Assembly: GCA_963793865.1 (NCBI GenBank)
Contig: CAWCBP010000014.1
Coordinates: 128,001-192,000, forward strand
Length of the DNA: 64,000 nucleotides
Direction: 5' to 3'
Origin: an uncultured delta proteobacterium
Lineage (GTDB): Bacteria > Desulfobacterota > WTBG01
Every line of letters starts with the position of its first letter. The stretch's first letter is position 1. Position numbers and translations under genes: made by a program. The notes below the pieces were generated by a model that was given only the letters and a program-made list of their open reading frames with translations, was not told where the DNA came from and searched no databases. Shown in pieces: positions 28,171-38,429 of the stretch.

Positions 28171-29118
28171 ATGGAAAAACTGCTGCTCATGGGAAAACGG
28201 CTTCCCCCGCTTGACACCCCCGCCCTGTCCGCGGATCCGGATTGGAAACAGTGCGATCCGGCCTTTATCCGCAGGGCCCTCGACAGGGCTTTGGAGCGGC
28301 CGTCAGGAGGGTGGTACGCCGTAGACGCAACGGGATCACTCACCGATAAACCCAGATTGATTCAAATCAACGGAGAGGAGCTGGTTGCCTACCGCGTTGA
28401 TGGCGCCTCCATAGTGGCGCGCCATGCCTGCCCGCATCTCGGAGGCCCCCTTTCCCTGGGGAAAATCAGCAACGGGAAGCTGGTGTGCCCCTGGCATGGA
28501 TTGAGATTGCCGAGCCCGAACCACGAGCATTGGCAGCCGTTAAAGACCCATGAAGATGGCGTGCTCACCTGGGTCCGGATGGGACCGGACGAGAGCGCGA
28601 CCCCCGCGCCGATTCTGCCGGTTCGGCCGAAGTTCTTTATCGACTCGGTCATTCGCAGGGACGCGAATTGCGAGGCGAGCGGCATTCTGGCCAACCGCCT
28701 GGATCCCTGGCACGGCGCACATTACCATCCGCATACCTTTGCCAGGCTGAAGGTGACCGAAGCAACCCTTGATCTGCTGAGGGTCCGCGTCGCCTTCCGC
28801 GTGTGGGGCCGGTTCTGCATCGAGGTGGACGCGACGTTTCACTCTCCCGAACCGCGGACCATTGTCATGACCATCGTGGACGGTGAAGGCGCCGGCTCCG
28901 TGGTCGAGACCCACTCCACGCCGGCGGCACCCGGCAGGAGCATTGTCATTGAAGCTACCCTGGCAACTTCAGATCGCCCGGGGTTCCGTTACGCCCTGAA
29001 AGCCGCCCGCTTCATCCGACCCCTCATGGCGCGAGCCGCCCACAAGTTATGGATCGAGGATGTAGCCTATGCTGAGCGCGCTTATGCGCTCCAGCAGGGC
29101 AGAATTATTACTTCGTGA
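28171..29118 (+). CDS. Rieske 2Fe-2S protein with C-terminal domain resembling actinobacterial CrtV (DUF5914-like)
   Basis: CPHLG...CPWHG; ALERPSGGWY; NRLDPWHG..HP; VVETH; LWIEDVAYAER. Confidence 0.75.
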   Translation: MEKLLLMGKRLPPLDTPALSADPDWKQCDPAFIRRALDRALERPSGGWYAVDATGSLTDKPRLIQINGEELVAYRVDGASIVARHACPHLGGPLSLGKISNGKLVCPWHGLRLPSPNHEHWQPLKTHEDGVLTWVRMGPDESATPAPILPVRPKFFIDSVIRRDANCEASGILANRLDPWHGAHYHPHTFARLKVTEATLDLLRVRVAFRVWGRFCIEVDATFHSPEPRTIVMTIVDGEGAGSVVETHSTPAAPGRSIVIEATLATSDRPGFRYALKAARFIRPLMARAAHKLWIEDVAYAERAYALQQGRIITS

Positions 29119-29497
29119 TGTTCATCCGCCGACTTCTTATTTCATCCAGGGCTATTTTTGCGTCTGCTACGCCATTGGTTCCCTTTCCAAACACCTCGCA
29201 CATAACCGTGTATACCCTTTCAAGCTCCTTGCAAACATACTCATCGCAATAGGCGCAATTCTCCAGCTTCTTTTCAATGCAGCATCTTCTGATTTCGCAC
29301 ATGCTGCAATAGCCGAGATGTTCACCATCTGATAAACAGCCGTCACAGTTTATCTTTTCCGGCCCTATTTCCATACCGAAAAAATCGGACTGTTCCTCAG
29401 CATACTTTTTTCTGAGCGCATCATCATTTTGCTTCTTGCAAATGAATGGCACACACTTTGAGCAGTCTACCCCGCAATATCCAATCATCTTCTCCAT
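29108..29497 (-). CDS. DUF3795-like cysteine-rich protein
   Basis: YCGVDCSKC...CDGC...CEIRRCC...NCAYCDEYVC. Confidence 0.8.
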   Translation of the reverse strand: MEKMIGYCGVDCSKCVPFICKKQNDDALRKKYAEEQSDFFGMEIGPEKINCDGCLSDGEHLGYCSMCEIRRCCIEKKLENCAYCDEYVCKELERVYTVMCEVFGKGTNGVADAKIALDEIRSRRMNITK

Positions 29498-29578
29498 GGC
29501 ACTCTCCGGTTCCGGTTAAAGAAAGCTAAACCTCTCTTTGCATTACATATTGAAATAACGGTATAAAAATGAATTGTA

Positions 29579-30373
29579 TCAGTTTTGTAAGGCAGTCCTT
29601 CTTTCCGCGCGGATAATGATGAACGCCAGAAGCACGACAGCCACAGCCATGCTGATGGTGAGGAAAGGGTCAACCGCGGCCATAGGATCGGGATACGCCC
29701 GCCACCGGCCGATGGTTTCAACGCAGCTCCATATGATCACCACCGTGGGAATGGTGTAGCGCAAGGCATAACCCATCTCCTTCGCCTTTAAGAGCCGGTA
29801 TATGAGATAGCTTCCGACAAAGAAGCAGAAGGTGAAAAGACATTTTGTAAAAATTCCCCGCTCCCCGAAGATGGTCGCGTCGTAGGCATAATAGAGGGCC
29901 ACATGGCCGAACCACATGGTAAAGAATACCTTGACCGCGGTGCGCGGGCACCATCGGTCGACCGGGATATCATTCCGCGAATGCTTCTCCAGATGCAAAA
30001 GCCTCCTTATCTGCAGGAAAAAAGTACACCTGACATTTTCATTGAAGGATAAGTAAAGAACCAGCGGCACAATGAGAATAAGCGTCAACTCTACCGCTTT
30101 CGTATCATTCATGCCGGCTGTTTTTACAAAGAGCCGAAAGCCCATTTCAAAGAGGCTTGCCCACAGCAGAACTCCTGCAATCAGCCCGCAGAATGTCTCC
30201 CACGCTTCTGACGACAGGTATTTTGTCACATACATTATGGCAATGGCTATAGCCAGGGCGATGAGGATAACTGCCATTTGGCCGGATGCCAGGAACTTTA
30301 TGGCGGCGGCAGTGAGAATATGTCCGACGGGGATGATAAACAGAAATGTCAAAAACGCCAGTATCCCTTTCAT
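29579..30373 (-). CDS. multi-pass membrane protein of unknown function
   Basis: about 7-8 hydrophobic segments; GAGGAGG RBS. Confidence 0.75.
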   Translation of the reverse strand: MKGILAFLTFLFIIPVGHILTAAAIKFLASGQMAVILIALAIAIAIMYVTKYLSSEAWETFCGLIAGVLLWASLFEMGFRLFVKTAGMNDTKAVELTLILIVPLVLYLSFNENVRCTFFLQIRRLLHLEKHSRNDIPVDRWCPRTAVKVFFTMWFGHVALYYAYDATIFGERGIFTKCLFTFCFFVGSYLIYRLLKAKEMGYALRYTIPTVVIIWSCVETIGRWRAYPDPMAAVDPFLTISMAVAVVLLAFIIIRAERRTALQN

Positions 30374-30458
30374 ATCTCCTCCTCAAGTAATTTACCGCAG
30401 TTTACTGCTTGCACGACTATCTCAAAGACTTCATAGCAGACAACGCCACCTCGAAAAA

Positions 30459-30497
30459 TTAATAAATTCTTAACACAAAATTAATATTAAGTTAATT
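30459..30497. promoter_or_regulatory. PHO-box-like array (4 x TTAA(C/T)W, 11-bp period)
   Basis: TTAATA 30459, TTAACA 30470, TTAATA 30481, TTAATT 30492. Confidence 0.65.
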
Positions 30498-30644
30498 CCC
30501 ATTTTGTACACTTGAAAGAAATAGCTTCCGCTTAGACCATGCTTTCAGTGGCATAATATTTTCCTTGACAAGGGGTTGCTTCTTGATAACTGTAGAATAT
30601 AAGTTGAGAATCTATGAGATTTTCCTGTTAGTCAGGGCAATCTG

Positions 30645-31325
30645 ATGAATGAGCTGATCGCAATCATAGACGATGAACCCGATATCCTGGAACTGGTATC
30701 GCTGCACCTGACCAGGGCGGGTTTTTCCGTCAGGGAATTTGCTGATGCAGACAGCTTCAATGCTTTTATCCAAACCAGCACACCTGATCTCATTGTGCTT
30801 GATTTGATGCTCCCGGATACCGACGGATTGGAGCTCTGCAAATCGCTGAAGCGGAAGGATGCGCTTGCCGCCATACCCATCATCATGCTCACGGCCAAGG
30901 GGGAAGAAACTGACAAAATACTCGGTCTGGAGCTGGGAGCTGATGATTATATTACCAAACCGTTTTCCCCCAAAGAACTGGTGGCGCGGGTAAAAGCAGT
31001 CCTTCGCAGGCCTGCCCGGCAAGAAGCCGGGAAGACAATTGAAATAGCAGGAAGGGTCGTCATAGATCTGGAAAAATACCAGGTAACCGTAAAAGGGAAG
31101 AAGGTTGATCTTACCACAACCGAATTCAAGGTCTTACAGCTCCTTGCGTCAAGAAAGGGATATGTCTTCAGCCGGGATAACATCCTCGATTATCTCTGGG
31201 GTGATGAAAAAGCGGTCGTCGACAGAACTATTGACGTGCACATCCGGCACCTCAGGGAAAAGCTGGGAAGCGCGGCCTCCCTCATCAAAAATATACGCGG
31301 CATAGGCTACAAGCTGGAAGAATGA
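30645..31325 (+). CDS. phoB: OmpR-family response regulator PhoB/PhoP
   Basis: receiver plus winged helix; GADDYITKPF; RTIDVHIRHLR; adjacent to phoR and pst. Confidence 0.88.
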   Translation: MNELIAIIDDEPDILELVSLHLTRAGFSVREFADADSFNAFIQTSTPDLIVLDLMLPDTDGLELCKSLKRKDALAAIPIIMLTAKGEETDKILGLELGADDYITKPFSPKELVARVKAVLRRPARQEAGKTIEIAGRVVIDLEKYQVTVKGKKVDLTTTEFKVLQLLASRKGYVFSRDNILDYLWGDEKAVVDRTIDVHIRHLREKLGSAASLIKNIRGIGYKLEE

Positions 31326-33058
31326 TAAAATCACTGTTCGGCAAACTATTCGCTGCTTACCTGTGCATCATTCTATTGTTTTCGCTGTTTATTCTCTTTG
31401 TCTCATTTAACGCCTTCCGCAATTACTCCCTCGCCGTTCATACCGATGACCTGCAAAATCTTGCCACCGTATTACTCCCCCAGGTAGCCCCGCTCTTTTT
31501 GGAAAACAAAGACAGGGAGTTGGATGTTCTGATCAAAGGTCTTGGACCGGGCATTAATACGCGTCTTACCATTGTTAATAGTGAAGGCGTGGTTGTGTCT
31601 GACTCTGAAAAAGATCCGCTGCTGATGGAAAACCACCGCTTCAGACCTGAAATACTCCAGGTGCTGGAGGGTGAGCGCGGCACATCTCTTCGTTTCAGTT
31701 CGACGGTGAATGAGGAGATGCTCTATGTCGCCGTGCCTATCCTGCATCAGGGGGTAATAAAAGGTGTCCTGCGGGTAAGTTTGTTTTTGGCGGACTTCAA
31801 CCGGCATTTCTCCCGGGTGAGAACCGGCATTGTCTACAGTGCCATCGGCCTGTCCCTTCTGGCGCTGCTTGCAGCCTTTTTAATCAGCAGGAGCCTGTCG
31901 CGGCCCATCAGGGACCTGCGAGTCGCTTCAAGCAGGCTGGCATCGGGGGATTTTACGTCACGGGTTATTATACGGGACAAAGGTGAGATACAGGATCTCG
32001 CTCAAAGCTTTAATTACATGATCGGCGAGATCAATAAGCTGTTCACCCGACTGGCAGACCAGCGGGACCAGTTGCACGGCATCATTGCCTCCATTCAGGA
32101 GGGATTGCTCGTTTTTGACCGCAAGGGGAGGATTACACTTTGCAACGGGAGCTTCAAAAAGATTGTGCAGAGCAGCACCATGGAAGGGAAGTATTATTGG
32201 GAAGTGGTCAGGATACCCCGGTTCACGGAGCTCATTAAGAAAGTTCAGGAGGATACGGTTTCCTATTGCGTTGAAGAGCTTTCCCTGCATGACTCAGCTT
32301 ATTTATGCAGTATCAGCTATCTGGCTGAGCGTGAAGAGACGGTGGTCATCCTCTCTGATATAACTGAAATGAAGCGTGTTGAGACGATGAAAAAAGATTT
32401 TGTGGTCAATGTCTCCCACGAGTTGCGCACCCCGCTTACCGCCATCAAGGGATTTGTGGAAACGCTGGAAGAAACCGTAGATGAAAAAAATCGTCACTAT
32501 GTGGAAATCATCAAACGGCACACGGAAAGACTTGTTTATATCGTTGAAGACCTGCTGACACTCTCAGAGCTGGAAGGGCGGGAAACAGCATTGGCGCTGG
32601 AAGATGTGAATCCGGCAGAGCTGCTGCGTCAGGTCAGCCTGCTCTTTGAACCCAGAATGAGAGAAAAAGGGCTTACCTGGATATTGAACATTGAGCCCAA
32701 CATATCCTCAATCAAGGCAGACGCCTTTAAACTGGAGCAGGCGCTCATCAATTTGATTGATAACGCCATCAAGTATACCGAGCACGGAACGGTCACCCTT
32801 TCCCTGAAACGCCGGAACGGCCATGCCGTGATTGAAGTGAGTGATACCGGCATCGGCATTCCAGAGGAGCACCTTTCGCGCATCTTTGAGCGATTTTACG
32901 TGGTCGATAAATCGCGCTCGAAACGGCTCGGCGGAACCGGCCTGGGACTTTCTATTGTGAAGCACATCGTTCTTCTCCACAACGGCACCATAAACGTCCG
33001 AAGCACCCCTTCACAGGGCACCACCTTCTCCATCTCCTTGCCGGCAATCCCCCTTTAA
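31322..33058 (+). CDS. phoR: sensor histidine kinase PhoR (HAMP, PAS, HisKA, HATPase)
   Basis: MENHRFRPEI, DFVVNVSHELRTPL, GGTGLGLSIVKH. Confidence 0.9.
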   Translation: MIKSLFGKLFAAYLCIILLFSLFILFVSFNAFRNYSLAVHTDDLQNLATVLLPQVAPLFLENKDRELDVLIKGLGPGINTRLTIVNSEGVVVSDSEKDPLLMENHRFRPEILQVLEGERGTSLRFSSTVNEEMLYVAVPILHQGVIKGVLRVSLFLADFNRHFSRVRTGIVYSAIGLSLLALLAAFLISRSLSRPIRDLRVASSRLASGDFTSRVIIRDKGEIQDLAQSFNYMIGEINKLFTRLADQRDQLHGIIASIQEGLLVFDRKGRITLCNGSFKKIVQSSTMEGKYYWEVVRIPRFTELIKKVQEDTVSYCVEELSLHDSAYLCSISYLAEREETVVILSDITEMKRVETMKKDFVVNVSHELRTPLTAIKGFVETLEETVDEKNRHYVEIIKRHTERLVYIVEDLLTLSELEGRETALALEDVNPAELLRQVSLLFEPRMREKGLTWILNIEPNISSIKADAFKLEQALINLIDNAIKYTEHGTVTLSLKRRNGHAVIEVSDTGIGIPEEHLSRIFERFYVVDKSRSKRLGGTGLGLSIVKHIVLLHNGTINVRSTPSQGTTFSISLPAIPL

Positions 33059-33068
33059 GCCTCAATTC

Positions 33069-33107
33069 TTAATCTAAAATTAACATCGCATTTATATCCG
33101 GTTAACA
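33069..33107 (+). promoter_or_regulatory. PHO-box-like array
   Basis: TTAATC 33069, TTAACA 33080, TTTATA 33091, TTAACA 33102. Confidence 0.7.
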
Positions 33108-33179
33108 ATCAGGGTGTACATTTTGGGCAATAATTCACTGTTCCAAAATGATTAACCACAACATTGTAAGGAGAAGATT

Positions 33180-33389
33180 ATGTCACCATCAGTACCAGAG
33201 AAGTGTCGTATGCCTGCCGCGTCGGCTAACCATGATAAACGCATACATCTGCACCGCAACGGTCAGAAGGTGCGCTTTGAAAACGAGGAGGCCGAAATCA
33301 TCAGGATATCACCGCTCATGGTTATTAAAACCAGGGACCGCCTCGTATGCGGTGCCCTCTATGACAGGATTCAGTACCTGGCTGCATAA
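33180..33389 (+). CDS. small hypothetical protein downstream of a PHO-box array
   Basis: AAGGAG RBS, 69 aa, fills the gap between two PHO-box arrays. Confidence 0.6.
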   Translation: MSPSVPEKCRMPAASANHDKRIHLHRNGQKVRFENEEAEIIRISPLMVIKTRDRLVCGALYDRIQYLAA

Positions 33390-33417
33390 GCTCTCATAAT
33401 CAGCAACCCTTAAACAA

Positions 33418-33456
33418 TTAACCGAGAATTAACAAATTTTTAATATGGGATTAACA
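33418..33456 (+). promoter_or_regulatory. PHO-box-like array
   Basis: TTAACC 33418, TTAACA 33429, TTAATA 33440, TTAACA 33451. Confidence 0.75.
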
Positions 33457-33514
33457 GAACATGGTTATCATGTGTCCACATTTTAAAAATTTATTGCAAA
33501 GGGGAGGGAAAACC

Positions 33515-34975
33515 ATGCTTGGCAAAAGAAAGAATAGTGTTCTGGTGATGGCAACATTATTCATCCTTGTTTTATCAGCCCCGGTTCGAGGGGAAGAGGC
33601 ACCCAAAACCACGGTAGATAAGCTCCTGGAGATCTTGCAGGAGAAGGGCATCATCAACGGGCAGCAGTATCGGGATCTCAAAAATGAGCTGGGTGCGGAG
33701 CAAAAGGTTATTGAAGAGCAGAAACAGGTCATAGCGGAGCAGAAAAAGGTGGTAGAAGAGGTTAAAAGCCGTGAAGCAAAACTCCCGCACGTGGGCTACA
33801 AGAACGGCTTTTACCTGGAGACGCCGGATCAGAATTTTAGCCTGAAAATGGGCGGCCGGGTTCATGGTGACCTGCGGTTGTATAACAGCGATCACCCTGA
33901 AAACAGCGAGTTCCTGATGAGCCGGGCGAGGGTTTATCTTTCAGGCACGCTCTATAAATATCTGGACTTTAAAGTTGAGGCTGACTTCGGCAAGGGGGAA
34001 AGCGAGCTCAAGGACGGTTTTATCAATGCCAACTATGTGCCCTACGCCCAGCTCAAGGCGGGGCAGTTCAAGGCCCCCTTCAGCCTGGAACGGCTCACCT
34101 CCTCCAACCACATTGACTTTGTGGAACGGGCGCTGCCGGTTGACAACCTGACCCCCGATCGCGATCTGGGCATCATGCTCCACGGAGCCTATATGCCCTT
34201 CGGGTTGAGTTATGGTTTGGGAATATTTAACGGCGCCAGGGCCAATGAGCATGATACGGATGACCATAAGGACATAGCCATGCGCATAGGGATAAGCCCC
34301 TTCCACAATACAAAGTCCGTGCTGATCAAGGGCCTGCACCTGGGATTTTCGACCACCTACGGGGACCAGGAAATGACGTTTCCCGACGACAAGGATTCCT
34401 TCTGGAGCAAGGGGAAGCTTGAGACGGCGGGTGACACCAAGTTTTTTGAATTTGCCAACGGCGTAACCCATGATGGGAAACGGCAGCGTCTGGGAACCGA
34501 ACTTGCCTGGATTGTAGGCCCCCTGACCCTGAAGGGGGAGTGGATGCGGGTGGATCTGGATGACCTAAAGAATCCGCTGGGTGAGAGCCATGACCTGTCC
34601 ATGAACGGCGGATATGTTTCGATGAGCTGGTTTCTGACCGGTGAGGAGCAGCAGTTCGATGTGTCCCAGGCTATTTTCAAGCGCGTCAAGCCGAAGAAGA
34701 TTTTTGATCCTTCAAAAGGTCTCTGGGGGGCCGTCCAACTGGTGGGGCGTTATGAGTACCTTAGTTTAAGCGACGGCTTCTTTGACCATGGCTACGCCAA
34801 CAGCGCCCGGTACACCGACGGCGCAAAAGGCGGAACGTTCGGCATCAACTGGTACTTAAACGACATGGTGCGGTTGATGCTCAACTACAACCACATAGAG
34901 TTTGATGACTATGTCCTGGAAGCGGATGATGATGATGAGGATGTGTTTCTTGTCGGGTTCCATCTCGAGTTCTAG
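33515..34975 (+). CDS. phosphate-selective porin (OprO/OprP family)
   Basis: signal peptide, LLEILQEKGII, GQFKAPFSLERLTSS, FGINWYLN, C-terminal F. Confidence 0.85.
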   Translation: MLGKRKNSVLVMATLFILVLSAPVRGEEAPKTTVDKLLEILQEKGIINGQQYRDLKNELGAEQKVIEEQKQVIAEQKKVVEEVKSREAKLPHVGYKNGFYLETPDQNFSLKMGGRVHGDLRLYNSDHPENSEFLMSRARVYLSGTLYKYLDFKVEADFGKGESELKDGFINANYVPYAQLKAGQFKAPFSLERLTSSNHIDFVERALPVDNLTPDRDLGIMLHGAYMPFGLSYGLGIFNGARANEHDTDDHKDIAMRIGISPFHNTKSVLIKGLHLGFSTTYGDQEMTFPDDKDSFWSKGKLETAGDTKFFEFANGVTHDGKRQRLGTELAWIVGPLTLKGEWMRVDLDDLKNPLGESHDLSMNGGYVSMSWFLTGEEQQFDVSQAIFKRVKPKKIFDPSKGLWGAVQLVGRYEYLSLSDGFFDHGYANSARYTDGAKGGTFGINWYLNDMVRLMLNYNHIEFDDYVLEADDDDEDVFLVGFHLEF

Positions 34976-35040
34976 CAGGTTGTTGAAAACGTAAGTAATT
35001 GTATGCAACATAAACCATAATAGTGAGAAAGGAGATTCTT

Positions 35041-36093
35041 ATGACAAAAAGATTGCTGCTGTTGGTCTCTGTCACACTGATGCTGTGTTCGTGCATCATC
35101 CCCCTGGCAGGGGCGGAAGAACTGCTGGGTGCCGGGGCGACCTTTCCCTACCCCCTGTATTCAAAAATGTTTGATGTATACAGCAAGGAATACGGTGTGA
35201 AGGTAAATTACCAGTCGATCGGGTCCGGGGGCGGGATACTGCAGCTTAAAAACAAGACTGTCGATTTCGGAGGCACCGATGCGGCCATGAGCGACGCTGA
35301 AATGAAAGACCTGCCGGCGATCATCCACGTCCCCATTTGTCTGGGCGCTGTTTCAGTTACCTACAATATACCCGGAAATCCTGAGCTCAACTTCACCCCC
35401 GATGTGCTTGCGGATATCTTTCTTGGCACTATAAGCAAATGGAATGATCCCCGGATTCAGCAGATTAACAGCGGGGTAAAGCTGCCCGATATGAACATCG
35501 TGGTGGTACACCGCTCAGATGGCAGCGGAACCACCTTTATTTTTACCGATTATCTTTCAAAGATAAGCCCAGAATGGCGGGTGAAGGTTGGAATGGAAAA
35601 GTCAGTTAACTGGCCGACCGGACTCGGTGCCAAGGGAAATCCCGGAGTCGCGGGGCTGGTGAAACAGCTTCCCGGGAGCATTGGATACGTTGAGCTGATT
35701 TACGCGATGCAAAACAGCATGCCGGTGGTAGCCCTCCGCAACAAGAAGGGTGCATTTATAAAGCCTACACTTGCATCAACAAGCCTGGCGGCTGAGATAG
35801 CCATACCGGATGATACCCGGGTGTCACTTACCGACACCGATGCGCAGGAAGGATATCCCATAAGCGGGTTTACCTGGATAATAGTTTTTAAAGACCAGAA
35901 TTACAATCTCAGAACCATGGAAAAGGGCAAGGCTCTGGCGCAACTTCTCTGGTGGATGACTCACGAGGGACAGAAATATGTTGAGCCTCTCCAGTATGCG
36001 CCGCTTCCCAGGGCAGCGGTTGAAACGGCCGAAAAAATCATAGGGTCTATGACCTTTAAGGATAAGTTTTTACAAACACTTGACAAAAAGTAA
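35041..36093 (+). CDS. pstS: phosphate ABC transporter substrate-binding protein
   Basis: GAGATFPYP, YQSIGSGGG, HRSDGSGTT, YPISGFT. Confidence 0.95.
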   Translation: MTKRLLLLVSVTLMLCSCIIPLAGAEELLGAGATFPYPLYSKMFDVYSKEYGVKVNYQSIGSGGGILQLKNKTVDFGGTDAAMSDAEMKDLPAIIHVPICLGAVSVTYNIPGNPELNFTPDVLADIFLGTISKWNDPRIQQINSGVKLPDMNIVVVHRSDGSGTTFIFTDYLSKISPEWRVKVGMEKSVNWPTGLGAKGNPGVAGLVKQLPGSIGYVELIYAMQNSMPVVALRNKKGAFIKPTLASTSLAAEIAIPDDTRVSLTDTDAQEGYPISGFTWIIVFKDQNYNLRTMEKGKALAQLLWWMTHEGQKYVEPLQYAPLPRAAVETAEKIIGSMTFKDKFLQTLDKK

Positions 36094-36145
36094 TGAGCGT
36101 TGATAAAAACTGAGCTATAAATTTCCATTCCAGAAAGGTGCCGCC

Positions 36146-36607
36146 ATGACTGTATCTACAAAGAATTATATGATTATCCTTTTTGTCACCATGTTTTTTG
36201 TGCTGCCCGTAACCTGCCATCAATGCCTTGCGGAGTCAGATCATGCTGCAGAGATAACCCCTACCGTTTATGGCAGAGGCGTCATCCCATTGACACCCGG
36301 GTCGTCGACCACATTGCAAAATATGCCCGGTCAGGCAAGGACGTTTGTCACCGTGCTTGCCCTGGGGCAGGGAACGCTCAAGGCAACATTGAGCAAGAAA
36401 GACACCGCCAATGACGTCATCAGCATGCTGCTTATCGGTTATCCTGCCGATCCGGCCTTTGTGCCGGGTTTTGGCATAACCCCGGCCGAGGTAGCTGTAA
36501 GCGCTGAGGTCACCGACGCTTTGGGCGGTTACGGTCTCTTCTTTATAATCACCACCATTAATTCGTCGGAAACATACACCAGCTCCCTTTCGCTCAAATT
36601 GGAGTAG
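36146..36607 (+). CDS. secreted hypothetical protein within the pst operon
   Basis: signal-peptide-like N-terminus, beta-rich sequence, lies between pstS and pstC. Confidence 0.7.
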   Translation: MTVSTKNYMIILFVTMFFVLPVTCHQCLAESDHAAEITPTVYGRGVIPLTPGSSTTLQNMPGQARTFVTVLALGQGTLKATLSKKDTANDVISMLLIGYPADPAFVPGFGITPAEVAVSAEVTDALGGYGLFFIITTINSSETYTSSLSLKLE

Positions 36608-36616
36608 GTTTTCCCT

Positions 36617-37594
36617 GTGGCTGACCACAAGATACTTGCCGGAATAGATGATGCCGCCATTGCACGGTATGCAGTCAGGGGTGATGCGGCAGGATACAGG
36701 AATCAAGGGCAGAGCGCAGACCGGTTGTTTTTTAATCTTCTTAACCTGTCTGCGCTCCTGGTGCTGGTTCTGGTAGCGGCCATTTTTATTACCCTGCTCA
36801 TCTACGCCCTTCCCTCAATCCGGACCTTCGGGTTCTCCTTCTTTATCCAAAAAACCTGGGATCCGGTGGCACAAATATTCGGAGTGCTGCCCTTTCTGGT
36901 GGGGACGCTGCTTACCTCCTTTCTGGCCCTGATTATCTCCATCCCCTTTTCCCTGTCCATCGCCATATTTTTAGGTGAGTACGCCACGAAAGGAACTTTA
37001 TCTTCGCTGCTTAAAAGTTCCATAGAGCTGCTTGCGGGGATTCCATCCATCGTCTACGGCTTCTGGGGTATTTTCGTGCTCGTGCCGGTGATCAGGAACC
37101 TGGAGTTAAAACTGGGGGTGGCGCCATACGGCGTGGGCATATTCACCGCATCGATTGTGCTTGCCATCATGATTATTCCTTACTCCGCGTCGATCGCGGT
37201 GGAGGTAATCCAGCTGGTTCCCGCCGACCTCAAAGAGGCCGCCTATTCACTCGGCGCAACCCGCTTTGAGGTGATACGCAGGGTCATCGTTACCTACGCC
37301 CGCTCGGGGATTTTTGCCGGCATCCTGCTTGCCCTGGGCAGGGCGCTGGGTGAAACCATGGCGGTAACCATGGTAATCGGCAATTCACATTTTCTGCCCA
37401 CATCCATTTTCAGCCCCGGCAACAGCATGGCAAGCGTGATTGCCAATGAGTTTACCGAGGCTACTGAGAGGATTTACCTCTCCTCGCTGGTACAAATCGC
37501 GCTGTTGCTGTTTGTGGTGACCATGATTGTCAATCTCATCGGAAAATACATCATCGGGAGAATGAGCGTTGAAGGTTCCGGCAGCGCCGCCTAA
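36617..37594 (+). CDS. pstC: phosphate ABC transporter permease
   Basis: ELLAGIPSIVYGFWG, LGRALGETMAV. Confidence 0.95.
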   Translation: MADHKILAGIDDAAIARYAVRGDAAGYRNQGQSADRLFFNLLNLSALLVLVLVAAIFITLLIYALPSIRTFGFSFFIQKTWDPVAQIFGVLPFLVGTLLTSFLALIISIPFSLSIAIFLGEYATKGTLSSLLKSSIELLAGIPSIVYGFWGIFVLVPVIRNLELKLGVAPYGVGIFTASIVLAIMIIPYSASIAVEVIQLVPADLKEAAYSLGATRFEVIRRVIVTYARSGIFAGILLALGRALGETMAVTMVIGNSHFLPTSIFSPGNSMASVIANEFTEATERIYLSSLVQIALLLFVVTMIVNLIGKYIIGRMSVEGSGSAA

Positions 37595-38429
37595 TCTAAT
37601 CTACCGGGTGATCAAGGACAGGGTGTTTCTGGCCCTGGTCGTGCTCTTTTCGTTACTCACCTTCCTGCCCCTGCTGTTGATCATTTTCCACATAGTGCAA
37701 AACGGCATCGCGGTGGTGGATTGGCAGTTTCTTACCCATCTTCCCCGGCCGGTCGGTGAAGTGGGCGGCGGGATCGCCAACGCCATGGTGGGAACGCTCA
37801 TGCTGATTGTCATCGCATCGGTGATGGCCATACCGCTGGGCGTGTGCGCCGGCGTGTATCTTACCGAGCGAAAAACAGGAACCGTATGCTATCTGGTCCG
37901 CCTGTGCGTTGAGGTGCTTCACGGTGTGCCCTCCATCGTCATCGGCATCATCGCCTACGTGTGGGTGGTGATGGCGCTCGGAACTTTTTCAGCGCTTGCG
38001 GGGGGCATTGCGCTGGCCATCATGATGCTGCCGGTGATCGTCAGGTCAACCGAAGAGACGCTCAGGCTTATACCCGACACGCTGCGGGAGGCCTCCCTGT
38101 CGCTCGGTGTTCCTTACGGCCGCACGGTGCTCAAGGTTGTCATGCCCGCGGGAATAAGCGGGATTGCCACCGGTGTTTTGATCAGCGTGGCCCGGGTGGG
38201 GGGAGAAACCGCGCCCCTTCTCTTTACCGCGTTCGGCAGCCCCTATATGGAAGTTAATGTTCTCAAGCCGGTCAATTCGCTGCCGCTCATGATTTTTAAC
38301 TATGCCACCAGCCCATACCCCGAATGGCACGCGCTCGCCTGGGGGGCTTCGTTTGTGCTGGTTGCCTTTGTGCTGCTCTTAAACCTGAGCGCGAAGTTCC
38401 TGACCAGAAAATGGAAAGTTCAATTTTAA
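37569..38429 (+). CDS. pstA: phosphate ABC transporter permease
   Basis: [21 protein letters not shown]. Confidence 0.93.
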   Translation: MKVPAAPPNLIYRVIKDRVFLALVVLFSLLTFLPLLLIIFHIVQNGIAVVDWQFLTHLPRPVGEVGGGIANAMVGTLMLIVIASVMAIPLGVCAGVYLTERKTGTVCYLVRLCVEVLHGVPSIVIGIIAYVWVVMALGTFSALAGGIALAIMMLPVIVRSTEETLRLIPDTLREASLSLGVPYGRTVLKVVMPAGISGIATGVLISVARVGGETAPLLFTAFGSPYMEVNVLKPVNSLPLMIFNYATSPYPEWHALAWGASFVLVAFVLLLNLSAKFLTRKWKVQF

